A stretch of DNA of 64,000 nucleotides from an uncultured Enterocloster sp. (GCA_944383785.1 CALWQV010000002.1:25721-89720), one strand, 5' to 3'; shown: positions 36,140 to 44,213, numbered from the stretch's first letter. Made by a program: numbers and translations. Notes: generated from the sequence alone by a model not told the origin.

Positions 36140-36185
36140 AAAAAAAGAAACCGCCAGGGCCTTCTTTCTTCGCCCTGGCGGTTTC
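36140..36185 (-). terminator. Intrinsic terminator after the P-type ATPase gene
   Basis: 14-bp stem (36172-36185 / 36147-36160) followed on the minus strand by T7. Confidence 0.8.
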
Positions 36186-36205
36186 CCGCACAGATATACA
36201 TATAT

Positions 36206-38284
36206 TTAATGGCTCAACAAATTCGTCATACTCTTCAGGCTCACTCCCAGCGTCGAGGTATTATGTAGCAGCGCCGAGGCGGAGGGCGTCAGCACCCCTG
36301 CCAGCCCCAAAAGGATCAGTCCTAAATTAAAGCTGATGACGAAGCGGTAATTGCCGTTGATCCGTTTCATCAGGCCATTACTAATAGCTTTTAAGGTCAC
36401 CAGCTGCAGCAGATCATCCTGGGAAATGGTTATATCCGCGATCTCTCTGGCGATTTGCGCCCCCTCGCTGATGGCGATGCCTACATCCGCAGCCGAAAGA
36501 GCCGGTGAATCGTTGATGCCATCCCCGATCATGATCACCTTCCTGCCAGCTCGTTTCTCCTTTTCCACAAATCCGGCCTTGTCCTCCGGAAGCACCTCTG
36601 AATAGTACTCGTCCACGCCAACCTGCCTGGCAATGGCCCTGGCCGTCCGTTTACTGTCTCCGGTCATCATCACCACCTTGGAAATGCCAAGCTCCTTTAA
36701 GCTTCGGATTACCTGGGGCGCCTCTTCCCGAAGGGGATCCTGGATGCAGATCACCGCCGCCAGCACCCCGCCGATGGCCAGATACAAGTGAGAATATTCC
36801 TCCGGCAGCTGCTCAAACACTTCCCTGCCGCTTTCCGGCACCACGCATTTTTCATCCTCAAAGACAAAATGACAGCTTCCGATCACCACCCGCTCTTCGC
36901 CGATATAACTGGCGATTCCATGGGCTACAATATAATCTACCTTAGAATGCATTTCCTCGTGTACCAGATGGCGGCGCACCGACTCGTTTACCACAGCGTT
37001 CGCCATGGAATGCGGGAAATGCTCTTCCAGGCAGGCCGCCACCCGCAACATTTCATTGGGGTCGCGGTTCTCAAAAGTTACTACATCCACTACCACCGGT
37101 TCCGCCTTGGTCAGCGTTCCCGTCTTGTCAAAGACAATGGTATCTGCCTCCGCCACGGCCTCCATATATTTTCCGCCCTTCACGGTGATGTGATAACTGC
37201 TGGACTCCCGCATAGCGGAGAGCACAGCCAGGGGCATAGCAAGCTTCAGCGCGCAGGAAAAGTCAACCATCAGAATGGACAATGCCTTTGTGACGTTTCG
37301 GGTCAACAGCCAGGTAAGCGCCGTTCCTCCCAGGCTCCAGGGTACCAGGGCATCCGCCAGAGTCGCCGCCTTGCTCTCCACGGAGGATTTTAGTTTTTCT
37401 GACTCCTCGATCATATGGACAATACGCTCAAAGCGTGTGGAGCCGGCGGCCTTTTTCACGCATATGGTAATTTCCCCTTCTTCCAGAGCGGTTCCGGCAT
37501 ATACGTAACCGCCGACACTCTTTCGCACGGGAATCGATTCCCCAGTCATGGAAGCCTGGTTGATCATGGCTTCGCCGTCTATAACAACGCCGTCTAAGGG
37601 GACCATATTGCCCACATGGACCACAACTTGGTCCCCTTCCCGGATTTTCGATAAAGGAACCAAAACCTCGGCTTCGCCTGTTTTCTGCCATACCTTCCCG
37701 ATATTCAGGGACATACTTCTGGCCAGATCGTCCACGGATTTTTTTCTGGTCCATTCCTCTAAAAGCTCGCCGATTCCCAGAAGGAATATAATCGAACCTG
37801 CCGTACTCACATCGCTGCGGGCTAAGGACACCGTGATGGCGGTCGCGTCCAGCACCTCCACCTCCAGCCTGCGCCCGGCCAGACATCTTACCCCCTTCCA
37901 GAGAAATGGAATTGCCTGAGCAGCCGTGTACAGCGCATTCCAGGGCTTAGGGAAAAAAAGCTTGGTAGCCGCTTTCACCGCTACCTTCCGAATCAGTTTT
38001 TCCTTATATTCCCGGTTTAATGCCCGTCCCGTATTTTTAGGAGCTGTCTCCAATAGTTTCTGATCCTGGTAGGAAAAGCGCCGGATTTCCTCCAGCAGCT
38101 TTTTCCGTTCTCCTTCATAGACCACCACCGCATCCTGCGTCCGCTCATAAACCTTAGCCGACTTCACCTGCGGCAGATTTTCCAGGTAATACTGCAGCAA
38201 ATCCGCCTGGCGGATGGACATCTGCTTTTGGACCAGATGGAAACGGATGCGGCCCTTTATCTCATGCTTAATCACAAATTTCAT
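36206..38284 (-). CDS. P1B-type (heavy-metal) P-type ATPase with a non-canonical SCA membrane motif and a Cys-less HMA-like N-terminal domain
   Basis: TGES, DKTGTLT, MTGD and GDGINDSPAL are present. The transmembrane metal-site helix reads MVDFSCALKLAMP instead of CPC. The N-terminus is KHEIKGRIRFHL without CxxC. Confidence 0.88.
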   Translation of the reverse strand: MKFVIKHEIKGRIRFHLVQKQMSIRQADLLQYYLENLPQVKSAKVYERTQDAVVVYEGERKKLLEEIRRFSYQDQKLLETAPKNTGRALNREYKEKLIRKVAVKAATKLFFPKPWNALYTAAQAIPFLWKGVRCLAGRRLEVEVLDATAITVSLARSDVSTAGSIIFLLGIGELLEEWTRKKSVDDLARSMSLNIGKVWQKTGEAEVLVPLSKIREGDQVVVHVGNMVPLDGVVIDGEAMINQASMTGESIPVRKSVGGYVYAGTALEEGEITICVKKAAGSTRFERIVHMIEESEKLKSSVESKAATLADALVPWSLGGTALTWLLTRNVTKALSILMVDFSCALKLAMPLAVLSAMRESSSYHITVKGGKYMEAVAEADTIVFDKTGTLTKAEPVVVDVVTFENRDPNEMLRVAACLEEHFPHSMANAVVNESVRRHLVHEEMHSKVDYIVAHGIASYIGEERVVIGSCHFVFEDEKCVVPESGREVFEQLPEEYSHLYLAIGGVLAAVICIQDPLREEAPQVIRSLKELGISKVVMMTGDSKRTARAIARQVGVDEYYSEVLPEDKAGFVEKEKRAGRKVIMIGDGINDSPALSAADVGIAISEGAQIAREIADITISQDDLLQLVTLKAISNGLMKRINGNYRFVISFNLGLILLGLAGVLTPSASALLHNTSTLGVSLKSMTNLLSH

Positions 38285-38307
38285 AATAAGGCAATCTCCT
38301 TTTGTGA

Positions 38308-38613
38308 TTATGCCTGGACGGGATTTTCCGCCTCGCCTTCAGAGGCCAGCTCCTCGTCCTCCACTGCTTCCTCGCCGCTTCTCTGGCGGTTGATCTCTTC
38401 AGCCTCAGCCAAGATATCCTCCGCATTTTCCTGGATATTGGTGGCGGTCGTCATGACGCAGTCCTTTGCCCTAAGACCTGCCGCAAGGCATTTTACGTAA
38501 AACTTCTTGGCATCGGAGCTTCCCAGCACCTTCACGCCAGCTGTGCCAAACAACACGCCTCCGGCGAAGATCGCGGTTTTCTTCCAATCAATACACTCAA
38601 AACACTTAAACAT
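38308..38613 (-). CDS. Small protein with one N-terminal hydrophobic helix and an acidic tail (resembles DUF6110 proteins found next to such ATPases)
   Basis: MFKCFECIDWKKTAIFAGGVLFGTAGVKVLGSSDAKKFY... AGGAGG RBS 8 nt before the ATG at 38613 (the track used TTG at 38619). The family name is from memory only. Confidence 0.6.
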   Translation of the reverse strand: MFKCFECIDWKKTAIFAGGVLFGTAGVKVLGSSDAKKFYVKCLAAGLRAKDCVMTTATNIQENAEDILAEAEEINRQRSGEEAVEDEELASEGEAENPVQA

Positions 38614-38630
38614 AATCAATTCCTCCTCTT

Positions 38631-38711
38631 TTACTTATGCTTGTAACCAGTATATAAAGTCATGGCTAAGCAAAAGATCATGGCCCAGGCCCAAAATCTG
38701 TGCTGTTTCAT
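38631..38711 (-). CDS. 26-aa hydrophobic micropeptide, first gene of the ATPase operon
   Basis: Hand translation: MKQHRFWAWAMIFCLAMTLYTGYKHK. AAGGAG 10 nt upstream. The stop is 17 nt before the next start codon and abuts its RBS. Below the ORF-track cutoff. Confidence 0.45.
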   Translation of the reverse strand: MKQHRFWAWAMIFCLAMTLYTGYKHK

Positions 38712-38737
38712 TTCTTCGTCACTCCTTTACTTTCCGT

Positions 38738-38766
38738 AGTTTACAGCCCTGCCAAGCCTTAGTCAA
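38738..38766 (-). promoter_or_regulatory. Candidate promoter of the micropeptide/DUF6110-like/ATPase operon
   Basis: On the minus strand: TTGACT (38766-38761), 17-nt spacer, TAAACT (38743-38738). Confidence 0.45.
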
Positions 38767-38924
38767 TGCTAATGACCCTTGTTGAGAAATATTATCGCTT
38801 AGTGGGTAATACCTACTGCTGCCACATATTTTTGCAGGTACCTTACCGTGACAAAATCACAGAACAAACCGAAGGGATCTTATATAATAATGACACCATC
38901 ATTCATCAACACGGAGGAAAGATT

Positions 38925-39152
38925 ATGAACCAGGCCGTCCCCAAAAACAACCGAAAGCCGCGCCCCAAAGCGGTAGTCGACAAAAGCCTCTGCGTAGCCT
39001 GCGGCTGCTGTGTCAAAGTCTGTCCCCTGTCTGCCATTCAGATCATGAAAGGCGTCACCGCCCGGGTGGATTCCACAAAATGCGTAGGCTGCGGCAAATG
39101 CGTCCGGGAATGCCCGGCTTCGGTTATTATGTTAAAGGAGGCGGCCTCATGA
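38925..39152 (+). CDS. Small 2x[4Fe-4S] ferredoxin
   Basis: CVACGCCVKVCP and CVGCGKCVRECP motifs. ATG at 38925 follows a GGAGGAAAG RBS (the track ORF starts upstream at 38766). Confidence 0.85.
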   Translation: MNQAVPKNNRKPRPKAVVDKSLCVACGCCVKVCPLSAIQIMKGVTARVDSTKCVGCGKCVRECPASVIMLKEAAS

Positions 39153-39742
39153 AACACAAACACTGGTACGATTATCTCTGGATCGCCTCGGCATCCTATT
39201 TGCTTTTAGGCTTTTTCAATATCCTTTTCGCCTGGCTGGGGCTCTTATGCTTTTTCATCCCCCTGATCATTTCCCTGACAACGGGAAGCAAAGGCTACTG
39301 CAACCGTTACTGCGGCCGGGGACAGCTCTTCGGGCTTTTAGGCGGCCGCTTCGGCCTCTCCCGCAAAAAAGATATCCCCCGCTGGATGAAGAGCAAAGCC
39401 TTCCGCTACGGCTTTCTCATCTTTTTTCTGGTGATGTTTGTGCAGATGCTTTTTAACACCTGGCTGGTCTTTTCCGGAAGCCGGGATCTGCGGGAGGCTG
39501 TCACCCTGCTGTGGACCTTTAAGCTTCCCTGGCACTGGGCTTATCACGGACCCCTCTTCCACCCAGGCGTGGCCCAGTTCGCCTTTGGATTTTACAGCGT
39601 CATGCTGACTTCCACGGTTTTGGGGCTCATCACCATGGTTCTTTTTAAACCCCGCTCCTGGTGCGTCTACTGCCCCATGGGCACCATGACCCAGTTAATC
39701 TGCAAGGCAAAGGCAGGGAAAGATAAATTTAATCGGAATTAG
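39149..39742 (+). CDS. Polytopic membrane protein with Cys motifs (Fer4_5 / NapH-YccM-like 4Fe-4S binding family)
   Basis: The start overlaps the ferredoxin stop (ATGA). 4-5 hydrophobic helices. GYCNRYCGRGQ and SWCVYCPMGT motifs. Confidence 0.65.
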   Translation: MKHKHWYDYLWIASASYLLLGFFNILFAWLGLLCFFIPLIISLTTGSKGYCNRYCGRGQLFGLLGGRFGLSRKKDIPRWMKSKAFRYGFLIFFLVMFVQMLFNTWLVFSGSRDLREAVTLLWTFKLPWHWAYHGPLFHPGVAQFAFGFYSVMLTSTVLGLITMVLFKPRSWCVYCPMGTMTQLICKAKAGKDKFNRN

Positions 39743-39760
39743 GCTTTATCTGCAAATCAT

Positions 39761-39815
39761 TAAATGGCATATGTCAAAAATAGTTATTGACATATGCCAT
39801 TTATCGTCCTATAAT
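39761..39815 (+). promoter_or_regulatory. Consensus promoter embedded in a perfect 17-bp inverted repeat (operator candidate)
   Basis: TAAATGGCATATGTCAA (39761-39777), 9-nt spacer, TTGACATATGCCATTTA (39787-39803). The right arm supplies the -35 TTGACA (39787-39792), followed by a 17-nt spacer and TATAAT (39810-39815). Confidence 0.65.
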
Positions 39816-39845
39816 GGAACCAAATAATGAAAGGGGGAGGTTTTC

Positions 39846-40628
39846 ATGGCAAGGCCCAGAAAATGCAGGCGTGTCTGCTACAAGCCCCAGACCATGCTGT
39901 TTTATCCGGATGGCGGAGAATCAACGGAATGTATTTCCCTGACCCTGGATGAATATGAGTCCATCCGCCTCATTGATTACCAGGGACTTTCCCAGGAGCA
40001 GTGCGCAGGCCAGATGGGCGTGGCCCGGACGACGGTCCAGCAGATTTACGCTGACGCCAGAAGGAAGCTGGCGGCTATGCTGGTGGAGGGGCTGCCTTTA
40101 AAGATTGAAGGCGGCGACTATCAGCTCTGCGATGGCAGCGACTGTTTCTGCGGCTTTGAGAACTGCTTTAAACATCCCCGCAATCAAATATTTCAGATAC
40201 CGAAAGGAGATCATCAGATGAGAATCGCGGTTACTTACGAAAATGGACAGATTTTTCAGCATTTTGGACACACAGAAGCCTTTAAGATTTACGACGTGGA
40301 GGACGGAAAGGTTGTTTCCTCCCAGGTGGTAAGCACCAATGGAACCGGCCACGGCGCTCTTGCGGGCATTCTCTCTTCCCTAAAGGCGGATATCCTGATC
40401 TGCGGCGGCATCGGCGGCGGCGCTCAGGCGGCATTGGCGGAAGCGGGCATTAAGCTCTACGGCGGAGCCAGCGGGGATGCGGACGGGGCGGTAGAGGCCC
40501 TTCTCGCAAATAAGCTGGAGTTTGATCCTAACGTCCACTGCGACCACCACGGCGAGCACCACCACGAAGGCGGAAGCTGCGGCGAGCATGGATGCAAAGG
40601 ACATGAGGGCGGGCATCACTGCCACTAA
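39846..40628 (+). CDS. Fusion protein: DUF134 (putative DNA-binding) + NifX/NifB-type FeMo-cofactor-binding-like domain + His/Cys-rich tail
   Basis: N-terminal MARPRKCRRVC..L.LDEYESIRLIDYQGLSQEQCAGQMGVARTTVQQIY (DUF134 pattern). Central MRIAVTYENGQIFQHFGHTEAFKIYDV...ICGGIGGGA (Nitro_FeMo-Co pattern). Tail HCDHHGEHHHEGGSCGEHGCKGHEGGHHCH. Confidence 0.8.
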   Translation: MARPRKCRRVCYKPQTMLFYPDGGESTECISLTLDEYESIRLIDYQGLSQEQCAGQMGVARTTVQQIYADARRKLAAMLVEGLPLKIEGGDYQLCDGSDCFCGFENCFKHPRNQIFQIPKGDHQMRIAVTYENGQIFQHFGHTEAFKIYDVEDGKVVSSQVVSTNGTGHGALAGILSSLKADILICGGIGGGAQAALAEAGIKLYGGASGDADGAVEALLANKLEFDPNVHCDHHGEHHHEGGSCGEHGCKGHEGGHHCH

Positions 40629-40642
40629 TATTTGCCTTAACG

Positions 40643-40687
40643 AAAGGGCTCATCGAACTTGCGAACTTGTTCAGATGAGCCCTTTTT
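40643..40687. terminator. Bidirectional intrinsic terminator between convergent genes
   Basis: 12-bp stem AAAGGGCTCATC (40643-40654) / GATGAGCCCTTT (40674-40685), flanked by A and T runs. Confidence 0.75.
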
Positions 40688-40693
40688 ACATCT

Positions 40694-41065
40694 TTATTTC
40701 TGATCCATCACCTTATAAACCGTATACCCCGCCGCAGCCACTGCCTTCTTTAAGGTCTGATCGTCCACCGGTTCCTTCATGTGAACCATCGCTTCCTCCT
40801 TCATCAAATCCACAGTGGCGTAAACCCCGTCCAGGTGGTTCAAGGCGTTGGCCACGCGGTTGGCGCAGTTACCGCAGGTCATTCCATCAATCTTTAACAC
40901 CTTCTCATGGAGGTAATGAGAAAGATCTTTATCCTTCACCTTCACCTTTTTCACAGAAGGCTCCGATGAGGCCCCGCAGCAGCCGGAGCGGAGCTTTTTC
41001 ATATAGCTCTTGACGCCCACAATTACCGCGATTACCAAAATTATACAGATAATTGCCGTTGCCAT
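40694..41065 (-). CDS. Membrane-anchored heavy-metal-associated (HMA) domain protein; the N-terminus resembles the FeoB-associated Cys-rich membrane peptide
   Basis: N-terminal TM helix plus RSGCCGASS, then a GMTCGNCANRV HMA motif. Lies downstream of feoB. Confidence 0.75.
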   Translation of the reverse strand: MATAIICIILVIAVIVGVKSYMKKLRSGCCGASSEPSVKKVKVKDKDLSHYLHEKVLKIDGMTCGNCANRVANALNHLDGVYATVDLMKEEAMVHMKEPVDDQTLKKAVAAAGYTVYKVMDQK

Positions 41066-41325
41066 CCAGCCTCACCCCCCTTCTCTTCCGGCGGGAAAGA
41101 GTACCGATAGGCCCTGGTCAGAACCCCGATTTCCTCCAGCGTGGCGAGCATCCGGTACACTGTGGCCATTCCGATGGAAGGGTCTCGTTTCACTGCTTCG
41201 TAGTAAATCTCTTTACAGCAGGTCCAGTTTCCCTCCAGGATCACATCCAGCAGGACCTTCCTCTGCTCCGTAATCCGTTTTCCCCGTTTCTGAAGCTCCG
41301 CGATAATCTGCTCCTTCTGCCACAT
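41041..41325 (-). CDS. Fur-family winged-helix DNA-binding domain protein lacking the C-terminal metal-binding/dimerisation domain
   Basis: RITEQRKVLLDVIL...CKEIYYEAVKRDPSIGMATVYRMLATLEEIGVL matches the Fur N-domain. Only 94 aa. AGGAGGG RBS. The 3' end overlaps the next gene by 25 nt. Confidence 0.7.
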   Translation of the reverse strand: MWQKEQIIAELQKRGKRITEQRKVLLDVILEGNWTCCKEIYYEAVKRDPSIGMATVYRMLATLEEIGVLTRAYRYSFPPEEKGGEAGWQRQLSV

Positions 41326-41364
41326 TGCCAGATCCCTCCTAAAAATCCGCCCTTTGCCAAACGT

Positions 41365-43530
41365 TTAAGCGTGGGCCTTCACATCAACCTTTAAAGTGTT
41401 GCTCACCTTGTAGGGCCGTACCAGCAGGTAAATAAACCCAACGATCAAAGCAGCCGCCACAACGGTTCCGATTCCAAACTGTCCGTAAACAATCAGGTTT
41501 CCGATCTGGTTAATGCACAGGGCCACTACATAAGCAAGGCCGCACTGATAGCCGATGGCGAACCAGAACCACTTTGCGTTGTTCATCTCTCTCTTGATAG
41601 CGCCCATGGCGGCGAAGCAGGGAGCGCACAGCAGGTTAAACACCAGGAAGGAGTAAGCGCTGACCATGGTAAAGTCCGCTGCCAGCCGGTCCCAGATTTC
41701 CACGCCGTCCTCCGCCACCTCGGCGAAGCCGTAAAGAATACCGAAGGTGCCAACCACATTTTCCTTGGCAACCAGGCCGGTGATGGCGGCCACCGCTGCC
41801 TGCCAGTGTCCCCAGCCCAGAGGGATAAACAGCCACTGGAACGCCCTTCCGATGGAAGCCAGGATGCTGTTTGACATATCCTCCACAGCGCCGAAGCTGC
41901 CGTCTGTAAAGCCATAAGTGGAAGCGAACCAGATGACGATGGTGGAAAGCAGGATTACGGTTCCGGCCTTCTTAATGAAGGACCAGCCTCTCTCCCACAT
42001 GCTTCTCAGCACGTTTCCTACGGTAGGCATATGGTAAGCGGGCAGCTCCATTACAAAGGGAGCGGGATCGCCAGCGAACATTTTTGTCTTCTTTAAAATA
42101 ATACCGGAGCAGATAATAGCCGCAATGCCTACAAAATAGGCGCTGGGAGCCACCCAGGAAGCTCCGCCAAAGAGCGCTCCCGCGATCAGGGCAATGATGG
42201 GAAGCTTTGCCCCGCAGGGGATAAAGGTGGTCGTCATAACCGTCATTTTCCGGTCTCTGTCGTTCTCGATGGTACGGGAAGCCATAACGCCGGGCACGCC
42301 GCAGCCGGTTCCGATGAGCATGGGAATAAAGGACTTACCGGACAGGCCGAACTTGCGGAAGATACGGTCCATGATAAAGGCGACTCTCGCCATATAGCCG
42401 CAGGCCTCCAGGAAGGCCAGGAAGATAAACAGCACCAGCATCTGGGGAACAAATCCCAGCACAGCGCCTACGCCTGCTACGATACCGTCTAAGATCAGGC
42501 CGGACAGCCACTCGGCGCAGTTCACCGATTCAAGGAATCCGCCTACCAGAGTGGGAATACCCGGCACTTCTCTGCCAAAGAAGCTCCAGGCCTCGCCAAA
42601 GAGGCCGTCATTGGTCCAGTCCGTCACCCAGGTACCTACGGTGGTAACGGATACATAGTACACCACATACATAATCGCCGCGAAAATCGGCAGCGCCAGG
42701 AAGCGGTTGGTAACGATGCGGTCGATCTTGTCGGAGGTGGTCAGCTGGCCCTTATTCTTCTTCACATAGCTGTCCTTAATGATCTGGGCGATATAATTAT
42801 AGCGCTCATTGGTAATGATGCTCTCGGAGTCGTCGTCCATGGCGTCCTCGGCGCGCTTGATGATGGACTCCACGTTGGGAACGCTGGTCATACGGGCAGC
42901 GATCTTATCGTCCCGCTCAAAGAGCTTGATGGCGAAGAAACGCTTCTGGTCCTGAGGAATATCGCTTCCCAGGTAATTTTCAATCTCATCCAGAGCGGCC
43001 TCCACATCGGAGCCAAATTTATGTACCGGCACCTGGCTCTTCTTTCCCGCCAGATCCACCGCCTTCTTGGCAGCCTCCATGATTCCTGTGCCCTTCAGGG
43101 CGGAAATCTCAACCACCGGGCAGCCCAGATCCTTACTTAAGGCGATGATGTCGATCTGATCCCCATTCTTCTTTACAATATCCATCATGTTGATGGCCAT
43201 CACAACCGGGATGCCAAGCTCCAGCAGCTGGGTGGACAAGTACAGGTTGCGCTCTAAGTTGGTTCCGTCCACGATATTTAAAATCGCGTCGGGGCGCTCG
43301 GTAATCAGGTAATTGCGGGCTACCACTTCCTCCAGGGTATAGGGGGACAGGGAATAAATACCCGGCAGGTCCATGATCACAACATCCTTATGTCCCTTTA
43401 ATTTTCCTTCCTTCTTCTCAACCGTTACGCCGGGCCAGTTGCCCACAAACTGGTTGGAACCGGTCAATCCGTTAAACAGGGTGGTCTTACCCGAATTGGG
43501 GTTGCCAGCCAGCGCTATTTTAATTGCCAT
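41365..43530 (-). CDS. feoB: Ferrous iron transporter FeoB
   Basis: N-terminal G domain GNPNSGKTTLFN, DLPGIYSL, then the polytopic gate domains. 721 aa. Confidence 0.95.
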   Translation of the reverse strand: MAIKIALAGNPNSGKTTLFNGLTGSNQFVGNWPGVTVEKKEGKLKGHKDVVIMDLPGIYSLSPYTLEEVVARNYLITERPDAILNIVDGTNLERNLYLSTQLLELGIPVVMAINMMDIVKKNGDQIDIIALSKDLGCPVVEISALKGTGIMEAAKKAVDLAGKKSQVPVHKFGSDVEAALDEIENYLGSDIPQDQKRFFAIKLFERDDKIAARMTSVPNVESIIKRAEDAMDDDSESIITNERYNYIAQIIKDSYVKKNKGQLTTSDKIDRIVTNRFLALPIFAAIMYVVYYVSVTTVGTWVTDWTNDGLFGEAWSFFGREVPGIPTLVGGFLESVNCAEWLSGLILDGIVAGVGAVLGFVPQMLVLFIFLAFLEACGYMARVAFIMDRIFRKFGLSGKSFIPMLIGTGCGVPGVMASRTIENDRDRKMTVMTTTFIPCGAKLPIIALIAGALFGGASWVAPSAYFVGIAAIICSGIILKKTKMFAGDPAPFVMELPAYHMPTVGNVLRSMWERGWSFIKKAGTVILLSTIVIWFASTYGFTDGSFGAVEDMSNSILASIGRAFQWLFIPLGWGHWQAAVAAITGLVAKENVVGTFGILYGFAEVAEDGVEIWDRLAADFTMVSAYSFLVFNLLCAPCFAAMGAIKREMNNAKWFWFAIGYQCGLAYVVALCINQIGNLIVYGQFGIGTVVAAALIVGFIYLLVRPYKVSNTLKVDVKAHA

Positions 43531-43609
43531 TTCTCCATTTCCTCCTCTTATTGAGAAATTTTTTCAATAATTAGTTTAAACTAACCAAGAACGATTAAAA
43601 AAAGGCAAA

Positions 43610-43831
43610 TCACTTTACCTCAATCATCTCGGCATCTGCTTTTCTCAAAGACAACTCGTAGCCTCTTACCGTCACCTCTACCGGATCTCCCAACGGCGCT
43701 ACCTTGCGGACATATACGTCCGTACCCTTTGTAATTCCCATGTCCATGATCCTGCGCTTTACTGCGCCTTCGCCGTGCAGCTTCACCACATTTACGGTCT
43801 GGCCGCACTTTACGTCTTTCAGCGTTTGCAT
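43610..43831 (-). CDS. feoA: FeoA family protein (copy 1, proximal to feoB)
   Basis: 73 aa SH3-like FeoA pattern (LKDVKCGQTVNVVKLHGEGAVKRRIMDMGITKG). Confidence 0.88.
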   Translation of the reverse strand: MQTLKDVKCGQTVNVVKLHGEGAVKRRIMDMGITKGTDVYVRKVAPLGDPVEVTVRGYELSLRKADAEMIEVK

Positions 43832-43871
43832 GTGCCTGTTTCTCCTTTCCTTTTCATATACCCAATGGCGG

Positions 43872-44084
43872 CTATATCATAATCTTATTCGCCATTTCCC
43901 TACTGATAGCCACCCGTGATTCCTTGATATTCACAATCACGTTGCCGCTGATGGTGCTGATAACCTTCACCCTGGCGCCTGGGACAAACCCCATATTCTC
44001 CAGATGGAGACGAACTTCCTCTTTCCCGCCAACCCGCTGGATTTTGGCCTCCTCGCCTTCCTTTGCCATTGTAAGAGGCATCAT
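43872..44084 (-). CDS. feoA: FeoA family protein (copy 2)
   Basis: 70 aa. ...IQRVGGKEEVRLHLENMGFVPGARV.. Confidence 0.85.
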   Translation of the reverse strand: MMPLTMAKEGEEAKIQRVGGKEEVRLHLENMGFVPGARVKVISTISGNVIVNIKESRVAISREMANKIMI

Positions 44085-44165
44085 AACTTCCTCCTTTAGC
44101 AGTAAGCCATCTCTAACTGCTGCTGATTTTTTATGCAGTTGAAACTTTCTTTCAACTGCAAGGTA

Positions 44166-44194
44166 AGATTAGCACTACCTAACTAAAATGTCAA
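44166..44194 (-). promoter_or_regulatory. Candidate internal promoter with an overlapping palindrome between feoA copies 3 and 2
   Basis: On the minus strand: TTGACA (44194-44189), 17-nt spacer, TAATCT (44171-44166). The palindrome AAATGTCaaGACATTT (44186-44201) overlaps the -35. A 10-bp stem-loop at 44135-44159 lies downstream. Confidence 0.3.
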
Positions 44195-44213
44195 GACATT
44201 TGACGAAATTTTT

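Noticed and set aside
35813-36330. Plus-strand ORFs of 89 and 98 aa in the AT-rich intergenic region between the Liv-type operon and the ATPase gene.
   Set aside because: They span promoter and terminator DNA, have an extreme Phe/Tyr/Ile composition from AT-rich sequence, and have no RBS.
38840-38860. GTGACAAAATCAC upstream of the ferredoxin gene, considered as a CRP/FNR-type site.
   Set aside because: The spacing between the GTGA and TCAC half-sites is one nucleotide short of the TGTGA-N6-TCACA consensus, and the arms are only 4-5 bp.
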